A DNA stretch of 64,000 nucleotides from Octopus sinensis (taxonomy: Eukaryota): assembly GCF_006345805.1 (NCBI RefSeq), contig NC_043008.1, forward strand, positions 62,186,001-62,250,000, read 5' to 3'. The notes beneath the pieces were generated by a model. The model did not search any database, was not told the DNA's origin, and saw nothing but the letters and a program-made list of their open reading frames with translations. The translations under genes were made by a program, and so were the position numbers. Positions 52,111 to 63,528 of this stretch are shown here, piece after piece; position 1 is the first letter of the stretch, and each line of letters begins with the position of its first letter.

Positions 52111-52376
52111 ATATATAGTAGAATAACAAGACAAAAGTTCTTGGTACAGTAATATATATTTGAAAAAATGGTTAGTGATGTCTTGTTTTGAATCATTTTT
52201 ATTTTAATAATAATGTTTACTCTGGTTACAAGTTTCAAGCTTCAAACAACCACTTTCAAACTGAAAAAAAGGTTTTTACTGCTTGCTTATATAGCAAAAA
52301 TATTTCCTTACAAGTATAGATACAAAAAGAATATGTGCAAAAAAGGAAAATTACATAAAAATACAAAAACATGTGT

Positions 52377-52500
52377 TGAAGAAGAAGAAGAAGAAGAAGA
52401 AGAAGAAGAAGAAGAAGAAGAAGAAGAAGAAGAAGAAGAAAAAGAAAAAGAAGAGAAGAAGAAGAAGAAGAAGAAGAAGAAGAAGAAGAAGAAGAAGAAG
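52377..52500. repeat. (GAA)n microsatellite
   Basis: Direct reading. Confidence 0.97.
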
Positions 52501-55043
52501 CATTTCACACAGTGTGCTAACGATTCTGCCAGCTCACTGCCTTATAGATTCTGCCAGCTCACCTAGAACTAAATACCATGGCCAACTGGCAGAGAAAATA
52601 GAGCATGTACTTTACCATTAGCAAGTGGTAATTTGTGTTGAATGGTGCTATCAGCGTGGCATTTTGCAGTAAACACCATTTGTCAACCATGATATTGTCA
52701 CAGAATTCCAAAAGTGCAAGTTCTGTTGGATGGAACATATTCTATGGTTTACAGACAAGTGGTGAACCAGTGCTGGATGTGGTCTGAGATATTAGAAAAG
52801 GCTACTCAAAGGATCCCAACGATGAAGGGAAAACAACTTAGTTAAATGATTTGAGTCAAAATGGAAACAAGGAGTGCAAACCAGGAAGAACTGTAAGAAC
52901 ATTTTCACCATCAGTGTATAACAATCAGTTGTCAAATTGATACAAGTGTGTTTATAAATATATGTGGATATACCTATCTGTCTATAGCAACACACACACA
53001 CACGTGCATGGATATATAATAAAACTTTTCTTCTTTTCTTTGCTGAATGATATATTTAAAACATCTTTGTCATCACAAACGAATTTGCTAAATTATTTTT
53101 TTTATTTGTTAATATATACTTTATTTTTTTTTTGTTTCTTTGTCCCACCACGAATGTGTAATTAAACAAATTCATTCAATTTTGTTGTCATTTTAAAAAA
53201 TAAATCAAGCCATTTTTTTTTATCTGACTTTGTTGCGTATTTGTCTATTTTAATTAATATGTTTTATAATATCAATATGTCAGTTATTCTATAGAAATAA
53301 TACTTCACTGAACGGGTTGAATGGGTCAATCTTTTACCCTCATGAATTTGACTATGTGACAAAAAAAAAAAAAAAAAAAAAAGAAAGGAAAAGAAATGCA
53401 GAAAAAATAAGAAAATGAACAAGAAATGTACTGTTTCATAATTCTAAAAATAATAACTCAGCCCCAATACCATTCCAGCTATAGAAATGCTTCTGCCATT
53501 TTCGAAAGATTTGCATCATTAATGATATCTTTTCATAAAAAAAGTTTGTTAGATTGATATTATGATCCACAAGTCAATTGTATAATTATATATTATTCAC
53601 CTTGAGTACTTTGACATTCGGTAAGATTTTATTAAAGATTTTTATTTATTCGTTTGTTTTATTTATTTATTTATTTATTTGTTACAATGTGTTTTAATTG
53701 TTTTCCTATTACACAGTAATCTAAACACACACACACACAAGTGACAAGCTGTGAACTTTTCAGTGTAGTTTGGTGATTCCAAAATTAATGAAAGAATTTT
53801 GATTTTATACCCGATTTGTACTTTATCCTCTGTGTATGTGTGTGTGTATATCTGTGTGCATGTGTGTGTGTGTGTGTGTGTGTGTGTTGGAAGAAATTTT
53901 CAGATGAAGAATGTAACAAAAGGTCAAAATAAATATTTAAAAAAAACTTAATAAGTGAAATAAAGTAAAATGGAAATTTATTCTAATTTACATCAAGTCA
54001 AACGGCCAAAAAAGAAAAATAATGATAAAAGCAGTAAAACTAAAAAAAAAAATGTATATTCACCTTCTGTATTTAAAACTATCTAATGAATTTAATTATC
54101 AGAATTCATCTTCATAGCTTATGAATCAATTTCAAAAGGTGAAAGATGTCAAAGCGAAAATGAATAATGAGAAAAATATTCCTTTCTATGCTTGTCATTA
54201 ATTCCTTTATCTAGTTGTCAGTAAATACAAAACAAATTAACACTCAAAACATGTCTAAGAGTATCGCGAAATATCTCAATTCTACTTTGAATTATCAAGG
54301 AAATTATTTTATGATATTTTTTAAAACATTAATTTTTGACTTAGACATTCCATGTTATATTTTTTCTATATAATTTTATTTTTTACGTTAACATTTAAGC
54401 TCTAATTACTAATTATAATGAATAATTATTAATCTCTAAATTATTTACGAAATTGAAAACTTGACCATTTTCCTTTTATTAAAACAAAAACGTGTTCTAA
54501 TATTCTTTTTTTTTTTTTTTTTTATTCACGGAATATTAATAGAATTTTAGAACATTTTCTCACTGCTTTGGTTTTTAATGTATTCCAAATAATCAATCAT
54601 TCTAAAAAAATGTAACTGCATCATAGCTTTTTTTTTTTGCTGTTCGAATCATTTATAGCAGATATTATTGGTGTAGCAATTCTTCAATTCATAGTGCTTA
54701 TTCCAGTTAGATTCAAATGAAAAGTCTGTCAAAAATATTTCTAGAAAATCAATAGGACAGCCTGTATGTAGTCAATCAGGATGTTAAAGACAGAAGACAA
54801 AACTCTCAAATCATGTTCCAACATCTTAAAAATAAGAAAAGGAAAAACACATTGATATTGCTCCTGGAAAGTTTCATTCTAACAATTATGGTCATTTCAA
54901 AATGCATTTGGACATAGGCCTAAGCAGTTTATTTTTGAACTGGGACTAAATACCATCACCAACTGGCCAACTGGCAGAGATAATAGAAAGGATGCTTTAG
55001 ACAGACAAACAGACAGACAGATGTATCCATATACACACACACG

Positions 55044-55081
<38 letters not shown>

Positions 55082-55097
55082 TATATATAGAGGTGCA

Positions 55098-55500
55098 GGA
55101 GTGGCTGTGTGGCAAGAAGCTTCCTTCCCACTCACATGGTTCCGGGTTCAATCTCACTATGTGTCACCTTGGGCAAGTATCTTGTAGTATAGCCTCAGGT
55201 TGACAAAACCCTTGCGAGTGGATTTGGTAGATGGAAACTGAAAGAAGCCTATCACATATACATATATATATTTGTGTGTTTCTGTGTTTGTCCCTCCACC
55301 ATCACTTGACAACCGATGTTGGTGTGTTTACATCCCCATCACTTATTCTATTGGTTCCTTTTGCTGGACCAGCAAAAGAGACCGATAGAATAAGTACTAG
55401 GCTTACAAAGAATAAGTCCTGGGGTCGATTTCTTCGACTAAAGGTGGTGCTCCAGCATTGCCACAGTCAAATAACTGAAAGAAGTAAAAGAATAAAAGAA
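55098..55500 (+). mobile_element. SINE family A, full length
   Basis: Complete head and tail. Confidence 0.9.
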
Positions 55501-55663
55501 TATATATAAGTATACACACACATACATAAAATATATATAGATGTATATATATATGTATATCACACACACACGTGCGCTTGCTTGCACATACACACATTGT
55601 GGTAGTACAAACAGGATAAACAGAACTCAAAGATATTTTCTTAATATTTTTTAATATTTAATA

Positions 55664-56826
55664 TTTAGCTAATTAAGCTAACGAATCATGTGGGTGTAAG
55701 CTGCATTGATAGAGTCAAAGTTTGATACATCTATCGAAAAATTAGAAAGTTTTGAAGAATCAGTGAATGCATGAGATAATAATGTTGCTATGGAAGCTCA
55801 ATAGGTAATGGGGGTTACCTACAACCCTGTAACTTAGCAGTTTGGCAAAAGAGACCGATAGAATAAGTACTAGGCTTACAAAGAATAAGTCCTGTGGTTG
55901 ATTTTCTCGACTAAAGGTGGTGCTCCAGCATGGCCACAGTCAAATGACTGAAACAAGTAAAAGAGTAAAAGAGTAGGGGTAACATAGTTTTTAAATGCGC
56001 TGTCTTTAAAGAGCAACAGAACTCCACTAAAACACATATACTCATATATACTCTTTACTCTTTACTCTTTTACTTGTTTCAGTCATTTGACTGTGGCCAT
56101 GCTGGAGCACCGCCTTTAATCGAGCAACTCGACCCCGGGACTTATTCTTTTGTAAGCCCAGTATTTATTCTATCGGTATCTTATGCCGAACAGCTAAGTA
56201 ACGGGGACATAAACACACCAGCATCGGTTGTCAAACAATGCTAGGGGGACAAACGCAAACACACAAACACACACACAAATATATATACATATATACGACG
56301 AGCTTCTTTCAGTTTCCGTCTACCAAATCCACTCACAAGGCTTTGGTCGGCCCGAGGCTATAGTAGAAGACACTTGCCCAAAATGCCACGCAGTGGGACT
56401 GAACCCGGAACCATGTGGTTGGTAAACAAGCTACTTACCACACAGCCACTCCTGCGCCTACAGTTTACTTTAAGCAGCAATATTTAGTTCACTTCAGTTC
56501 ATTTACTTCTACTAAACTCAATAATTTTGCCTCGTTGTGTAACCAAGTACATAACCTGAACAATGATAACATACCATGTATAATTACATGGTGTATCGTT
56601 GATACTAGAAAGTTATATTAGGGAAATGATGCTTCATACAATTTATGTTAGAAAGATGGAAATCTTAAAGCATAACCCCCATTACCTATTGAACTGCCAT
56701 AACGACATTATTATCTCATGCATTCACTGATTCTTCGAAACTTTCTAATTTTTCGATAGATGTATCAAACTTTGACTCTATCAATGCAGCTTACACCCAC
56801 ATGATTCGTTAGCTTAATTAACTAAA
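55664..56826. mobile_element. Long-TIR non-autonomous element carrying two SINE-A insertions
   Basis: About 154-bp inverted arms 55664-55817 / 56673-56826; SINE-A pieces at about 55826-55975 (+) and 56052-56454 (-). Confidence 0.8.
56052..56454 (-). mobile_element. SINE family A, full length
   Basis: Reverse complement of the complete element. Confidence 0.92.
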
Positions 56827-57105
56827 ATGCTACCCAGCTTCTTCTGTTTGTCACATTAAAATATACTTGATCATTAGTTTCTTACTTAGATTTTGGTTAT
56901 CTTCACTTCAAACATCATTATGCAATAACTTACCACACACTTTTGCTCAATATTACCTCCTTCATTTCTTGATATCTTTGTTGAATATATAAATATCAAA
57001 TTTTTAGTTTATACTTCATTACTTTCTCATCTAAATTTCTTTATGTCCTTATTATTTATTAGCATATAGATATTAAAATTTAAAATTTTTAACATTTACT
57101 ACATA

Positions 57106-57320
57106 TAGGGGTTGGACAAAATAATGGAAACACCTCAAAATTGCAAACAAATTTGGCAGTAATTACAGCTTGAATTCTTTGAGGTACAGACTCGTACAAA
57201 GTTTAAATTGTTTCCAAAGGAATTTTTGTCCATTCTTCAGCTAAAACAGTCTCCACTACTCTACAAGAGTAGTGATGATGGTGGAGGATATCGACTCTTT
57301 ACTTGTTTTTTGAAAATGCA
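57106..57320 (-). mobile_element. Tc1-family transposon 3' end fragment
   Basis: TIR-like (T/C)AGGGGTTGGACAAAATAATGGAAACACC after TA; the minus strand encodes AEEWTKIPLETI*TLYESVPQRIQAVITAK. Confidence 0.78.
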
Positions 57321-57559
57321 CTATAAATATTTTACATAAATGTAAAACAAATATTTTACACAAACAATTTTATTTTGAAATTAAACACAATAAATAAGTC
57401 ACCCATTTCAAGAAAGTATCAAGCAGACCACAAAGATAAAAGTCTGCAGGCTGCATGCGACTCACAGAGATCAGGCTGACCATCCCTAGTCTACACTTAC
57501 CACACAGATTACTTTTGTGAGCAGATATATCTCATAATATCCTACTTTCGCGCACCTGA

Positions 57560-57860
57560 TCCTGTACTTAATCTCACTTTGTGAGCAATTTCCTGAGTTG
57601 TTACAGGACAGCCTTCCATGTCTTTCCACCAAATCTTCTCAATACGCTCCTCATTTCGGTTTGTGGATGTTTTGCCTAAGTGTGTCTGACTCTCTACTGA
57701 GACACAGCCATATATGAAACAAATGTACCACCACTTTTTGATCAGAGTTTTGCCCATGGTATCATCACCAAATACATGCTAAATCTTCTGGGTGATTTGT
57801 GCTTGAGTATCACCAAGCCTTTAACAAAACTTGATGCAACATCTCTGTTGGACGCCTTCA
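57560..57860 (-). mobile_element. Mariner transposase N-terminal fragment
   Basis: QQRCCIKFC*RLGDTQAQITQKI*HVFGDDTMGKTLIKKW...GKTSTNRNEERIEKI; similar to 49300-49370. Confidence 0.78.
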
Positions 57861-58037
57861 AAGAGAATGAAAATCCATTACATTCACACTGCACATCTGT
57901 ACTTTAGGCATAACGGTTGGGAAATGACACAGTCTGCAGGTGTAAACATTTTCATGCATGTGCAGAAAGGGTGGAACCACTTCCCATCCAAAAGATTTTT
58001 CCCATGCAGCCTTAGTTTGGGCAGGAGAAAAATAAAA

Positions 58038-58670
58038 CAGTTCTATATTTAAAAGATGAGGAATTATGTACATTATTTACATTACTTACATTATTTACAT
58101 TTGACAGGTATTTCTCCTCATCTTGTTTGTTGTTAACACAATGTTTCAGCTGATATACTCTCCAGCCCCGAGACACCTGATGAAAGCTGGAGGGCATATC
58201 AACCAAAATATTGTATTAACAGCAAACAAGATGAGGACAAATATCTGTCAAATGTAAATAATGTAAAGAGAAAAATAAAGTTAGATATTTTTTGAATGCA
58301 CTATGTATATGCCCATACATAATTACATGCATTCACACACACACACACATAAATACATACCTACATTCATACATACATACACGGGCATATGGCATAGTAG
58401 TTAAGAGTGCAGGCTACTAATCCCAAGATTCTAAGTTCGATTCCAGGCAGTAACATGAATAATAATATAATAATAATAATAATAATAATCATCATCATCA
58501 TCATCATCATCATGTCAACATTGAAAAATACCTTAGGAAAGAAACCAGGTTTGAAATTTTCCCAACACACCAGATGAAACCTGGAGGGTATATCAGCCAA
58601 AACATTGTGTTAACAACAAACAAGATGAGGAAAAATATCAGTCAAATCTAAAGAATGTAAATAATGTCTA
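58038..58670. mobile_element. Cluster of three Penelope-like terminal-repeat fragments (one inverted pair, one direct copy) with decayed hammerheads
   Basis: 81-bp inverted arms 58086-58166 / 58186-58266 and a third copy at 58566-58670. All share (CTGATGA)AGGCTGGAG.GTATATCAGCC.AAAC.TTGTGTTAACAACAAACAAGATGAGG. Confidence 0.7.
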
Positions 58671-58780
58671 GATATGTAACTATATGAATGAGAATACATA
58701 CATAAAACATATAAATCTGCACATACATATATACATATATGCATTCATACATACATACATACATGCACACATACATGCAA

Positions 58781-59347
58781 GCAAAAATTCCCTGTTGTTG
58801 ATGCTGAAATTCCAGTGAAGGAGCCTTGGATCTAGGTTAAAAGCTGGTTCTTTCTCTATTGACAAGTAATCTTGAAATAAACTGAATAATGACATACATA
58901 CACAAACTCTCAATGAGAATAGTAGCATACCACATTTGTTACCTCTGGAAGAAGAACTAACACCAAATACCGTATATATATATATACACACAGATCGCCA
59001 TGTTGATTCGCTAGCTTCTACACGCATTTTTTTCTCTCCTTGTTTCTCTCCGTGTTTCTTTTCTGTGTATCTTTCTGTTGAAGAGCGTAGGCTCGAAACG
59101 TAAAAGACTTGTTTTATTTATATTCCTGAGTGCCATACTAATACAATTGTTTGTTTGTATTCCACCTGCCTTCGTCTTTTGTTTATTTTCATAAAGCTTC
59201 CCATTATAAATATATATATATATATACATGCAAAAATACCCTGTTGATGTTGTTTAAATTCTAATGAAGGAGTCTTGAATCTAGGTTAGAAACTGACCCT
59301 TTCTCTATTGGCAAGAAATCTTGAAATAAAACTGAATAATGACATGC
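58781..59347 (+). repeat. About 117-bp direct repeats flanking a hammerhead-containing segment
   Basis: 58781-58897 vs 59230-59347 (GCAAAAAT.CCCTGTTG...CTTGAAATAAA.CTGAATAATGACAT). Confidence 0.8.
59069..59108 (+). ncRNA. Minimal type-I hammerhead-like motif (A6U)
   Basis: AUCUUU-CUGUUGA-A-GAGC[GUAG]GCUC-GAAA-CG-U-A-AAAGAC. Confidence 0.6.
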
Positions 59348-59797
59348 ATACATGCATGTGTACATAATGCATACATACATATCAGCACAAGCACAGACAT
59401 ACACACATAGTAGTTACTTTAGTTACACTTCATATACTATTAATTGTGCTGGAATGCTTCTGGCCTTATCTACCAAGGAGACAAGTGAATTCCTTGCAGT
59501 GATCATCCATTTCAGACCCAGCACAAACTTCCTAATCAGCAATAAAATCAATATTATATTTTCTTTTCTTGTCAATGAACTACTTCCAGTAACAGTTCAC
59601 TTACTTCAGATCGATAGCACACATATCTTCTTGGTAACAACATTCTCTTATATTAGAACTACTTTTGTTTTGCTCACCTCTGCATTCTTTCAACAGTCTA
59701 CAAACAAATATGCTTTAGTGATGACTTCTCTCCCACTTTCACTTTCACATTCCTTTTCCCTCTCTTGGAACAAAGCAATACTGCAAGAGATATGTAG

Positions 59798-59828
<31 letters not shown>

Positions 59829-61008
59829 AAGGAGGAGGAAGCAGAGGTTCTATCTTAAATACTTTTATCTTAAATACTTAATTCCATTTCTTCCAATTTT
59901 CTTCAACGATTTATCTAAATATTGTCTTGTTAATGTAGGTCACAGGATCAAATATTTGGAAAACTAATATTTCGTTCCATAATTCCCATAAATATAAGGG
60001 CCAAATTTAAACTCAGCTGGTTTGGAACACAAGATAAGCAGAAATGTAAATTTGAAACTGCTGAAGATTTTATTTAACATTGCAGTAAATTTTTTCACCC
60101 ATAGCTATATTTTGTTCAAATCTTTAAAAAAAGTGCATTTAAAAATTGGAGTTTGTCTGGAGACTATAAACCTGAGATTTTCAGAGTTTTGTGGTATTTA
60201 AGTAAGTGAGACACTGCCTGAATGGTACAGCGGTCTATCTCATAGTTGACTTCTCCATTGTTGTTGGTACTCATTTTCAGCTGAATGAAGTGAAAGAATG
60301 TTAAATGGAGTTGCATTACTCAAGAACACAATGCACCACCTGGTCTGAGAATTGAACTCCTTACCTAATGATTATGACCTCTGCATCCAAACCACTACAC
60401 CATGTTCTTGCTAAACTATATGCATGACTTACTTCATCAATGGAAGCAATTGTTTTTCTTTCACTGATTTTATTTACTGGGTTATGGCCAGGCTGGGTCA
60501 CTGCCACTGGTGGTGACAATTATATCAAGCCCTGTACATTAATGTACTGGAGTCAATTTAATTGTCTATACCTGCTCTAGAAGGGTAAAAAGCAAAATTG
60601 ATCTTGCTGAGATTTGAACTCTGAAGTAAAATTATTTAGCAAAATGCTGCCACTTAAAAAGCACCCAGTACACTATGTAAAGTGGTTGACATTAGGAAGG
60701 GCATCCAACTGTAGAAGCTATTTCAAAATAGACTATGGAACCTGATGCAGCTCCTGGCCTTGCCAGCTTCTGTCAAGTTATCCAACCCATGCTAGCATGG
60801 AAAATGGTCATTAAATGTGGATGATGGTATTTCAGATGGAATAATATTGATTCCTTCATCCAAACATTCAGGTTGTTTTATCAATGGAAACAATTTTAAT
60901 TTCAATTTAAAAAGTGACTCCACTTTTATAAACAAAATATCAAAACTATACATTTAAATCATCACATACAATTAATATTGTAGGTCTTCTCAATCAATCA
61001 AAACTAAC

Positions 61009-61112
61009 CTGGAGCTATACAGCAACAATTACACAATGAGTTATTGGATTCTATTTGATCTAGATATGGCTCCAGTGTGTGACCAAAACTCTTGCAGAAA
61101 ATCAGAAAATAT
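61009..61112 (-). CDS. Candidate isolated internal coding exon (104 bp), gene unidentified
   Basis: Acceptor TCTCTTTATTTTTTTATCAG and donor CAG|GTTAGT. One open frame, YFLIFCKSFGHTLEPYLDQIESNNSLCNCCCIAP; the other two frames have stops. Confidence 0.35.
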
Positions 61113-61944
61113 CTGATAAAAAATAAAGAGAATATCTCTGTTTATATATTTATTTATTTCTAGCTGTCTTCAATAAACTATATTTCTGACGATAATTGAA
61201 TACTGTAAAATTGAGGACCAGCCATTCTTAAATAACAATGTTTATGGGATTATCCAGTTGAAAAATACGAGTTGTAATATCCCTTAAAATAAATGAAGTG
61301 AAAAACCAATTTCTAAATCATAATTCAAAACTGATATCAAACCAACTCAGTAATACAAAATGTTTCTGTTTTTTTTTTCATTCTTGAAATTATATTATTT
61401 CAAATAGAGTCACTATTATTGCTTGCTTTTTATTATTTATAATTGTTCTTATTAATCTCTTCTCACCTCTCTTTCATGATCTCTCTCTTTCTTTCTTCAT
61501 CTATCTATTTTTGAGTATATGTGTATATACGTATGTGTGTATATTTATATACATATATATATGCATGCATATTAACTTTGTTTTTATGTGATGCTATAAA
61601 AACAATTTAATGTAATACTGAGGAATCGATAAACATTATTTAGTAGAGCACATATTAATTAATTTTTACAAGGGAAAGGTTGACAGTGACTTCGAAGTTT
61701 CAATTTGCAAGTAATCCTCTGAGTGTGGTTTACTTTGGTCTTTTATGCTATATAATATAGGGAAATTTTTGGCAGGGTGCTCCTTGTTATGTTGAGTAAT
61801 GTGAAAGGAAATTTAAGTGTGGTGTAGGCAGATAGAAGAGTTTATGTGGAAAGAAAGGAAAGGAAAAAAACGAAGGATATATCATAAACAATTAATAATT
61901 ATCTATGAATATCAATGAGCAAACATGCAATCATAAATTACATA

Positions 61945-62861
61945 AAAGAAGAGTGTTTTTAATTATGAATAAATCACATTTATAATGGAGAGGGTTGTAG
62001 AAACCCTTACATGTTTAGAAATAGCAGTCAAAAACGACTATAAAGCCACTACTTTCACTCATGTTATATCTCAGAATAAAACTGTCTGTGAGTGACATGA
62101 CATATAAAATCCAAAATTTAAAAATAAACAGTTAATTCTCTATTGCAATTTAGAGGTTAGGAACCTCTTATACCATATTCTATCGTATTGTAAAATAACA
62201 AAGATAAACAAGATAATGGTTCCTTTCTTCGTTTCAGGTGAATATTCCTGTAGATACAAATTGATACAAAATCCTACCTTTGGGCTTATATGAATCCTGA
62301 CCAGCAAGAATAATGTGTCAACCTCTATCTACACATTCAAATGTATTATTATATTCCTTTTTAATTATTTCAATTTGCTCACCTATATCCGGTCTTTTGC
62401 TGTGGTTCAATTTACTGGTCTTTTCTCATAAACACTCTGCATGACATCGGAATTCAGAATTTGAATGTGTAGATAAAGGTTGACACATTATTCTCGCTGG
62501 TCGGGATTCAAATAAGCCCCAAGGTAGGATTTTGTATCAATTTGTATCAATAGAAATATTCTCTTGAAGAGAGGAATGGAACCATTATCTTGTTTATCTC
62601 TGTTATTTTACAATGCAGTATATAATATGGTATAATAGGTTCCTAACCTCGAAATTGCAATAGAAAATTAACCTTTTATTTTTAAATTTTGGATTTTATA
62701 TGTCATGTTGCTCATAGCCAGCTTTATTCTGAGGAGATATGATATGAATGAAAATAGTAGCTTTATAGTGGTTTTTGACTGATATTTCTAAACATGTAAG
62801 GGTTTCTACAATCCTCTCCATTATAATTGTGATTTATTCATTATTATAAACACTCTTCTTA
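61945..62861. mobile_element. Fold-back element with about 395-bp TIRs and about 120-bp spacer
   Basis: Arms at about 61945-62342 / 62461-62861 are colinear with scattered mismatches; TA flanks at 61943-61944 and 62862-62863. Confidence 0.88.
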
Positions 62862-63139
62862 TATGTGTGTGTGTGTGTGTGTCTTTGTGTTTATGCTTGT
62901 CTCCCCCTGACCACTTAACAACTGGTGTTGGTGTGTTTACGTCCCTGCAACTTAGCTGTTCAGCAGAAGAGACTGATAAAATAAGTACTAAGCTTAAAAA
63001 CACATATCCTTGGGTCAGTTTGTCTTGGCTAAGACCCTTCAAGTCTGTGCTCCAGCATGGCTGCAGTCAAATGACAGAGACATGTTAAAGAAATGGGCTT
63101 TGGATTGGAAGCAGCAAAACATCTAAATCCTTTCTACAA

Positions 63140-63528
63140 AAGGCACAAAGGCCTGAAATTTGGCGAGAGGGGACAAGTCAATTACGTCAACCCCAATGAA
63201 ACACTGGTACTTAATTTATCAACCCCAAAAGGATGAAAGGCAAAGTTGACCCTGGCGGAATTCGAACTCAGAACGTAATGATGGGTGAAATACCTATTTC
63301 TTTACTGCCCACAATGGGCTACACACAGAGGGGACAAACAAGGACAGACACATGGATTAAGTTGATTATATCGACCCCAGTGCGTAACTGGTACTTAGTT
63401 AATCGACCCCCAAAGGAGGAAAGGCAAAGTTGACCTCGATGGAATTTGAACTCAGAACGTAGTGGCAGATGAAATACCGCTAAGCATTTTGTCCAGCATG
63501 CCAATAATTCTGCCAGCTCATTGCCTTG
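63140..63528 (-). mobile_element. SINE family B, dimeric form
   Basis: Same layout; junction GAAATAGGTATTTC at 63287-63300. Confidence 0.86.

Noticed and set aside
2247-52621. Dozens of long ORFs ([12 protein letters not shown], poly-I/N/K/E/D/H), including the 395-aa ORF at 27233-28420
   Set aside because: They are translations of stop-free microsatellite frames, with no domain content or splice support.
59352-59858. 168-aa non-microsatellite ORF
   Set aside because: No recognisable domain. The opposite strand has faint RTE endonuclease-like remnants (IDF.LIRK), so this is probably an antisense frame of a decayed LINE.
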